A DNA stretch of 64,000 nucleotides from Chara braunii (Eukaryota > Plantae > Charophyceae). The notes under the pieces were generated by a model, which saw only the letters and a list, made by a program, of their open reading frames with translations, did not search any database and was not told the origin of the DNA. Position 1 is the first letter of the stretch. Each line of letters begins with the position of its first letter. Shown one piece after another: positions 63,963 to 64,000 of this stretch. Location of the stretch: assembly GCA_003427395.1 (NCBI GenBank), contig BFEA01000027.1:3238854-3302853 (forward strand). The letters run 5' to 3'. Made by a program: the position numbers and the translations under genes.

Positions 63963-64000
<38 letters not shown>

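Overview
Eukaryotic nuclear DNA, very repeat-rich, with five multi-base N gaps. The cox3 NUMT uses the standard code, and the L1, SINE, hAT and microsatellite content suggests a green plant or streptophyte alga (inference). The only intact gene is a ~2.3 kb uninterrupted HECT E3 ubiquitin ligase of the E6AP/UBE3A-HERC type (minus strand, 37800-40055/40130). The rest is layered mobile DNA: many decayed L1-like LINE pieces and their short 3' tails, a tRNA-derived SINE family, hAT and Tc1/mariner-type MITEs, two diverged tandem copies of a 4-5 kb non-coding element, a Helitron 3' end and an interrupted cox3 NUMT. Three observations stand out. (1) A short element that inserts into (TA)n tracts, whose copies can be assembled into a canonical type III hammerhead ribozyme (15.4-15.6 kb, 47.4-47.7 kb, relic at 51.7 kb). 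(2) A split Josephin (ataxin-3-like) cysteine protease followed by Cys/His-rich fingers (61.1-62.9 kb). (3) An apparently zinc-less AZUL-like segment in the HECT ligase. All alignments and folds were done by eye; boundaries of decayed elements are approximate.
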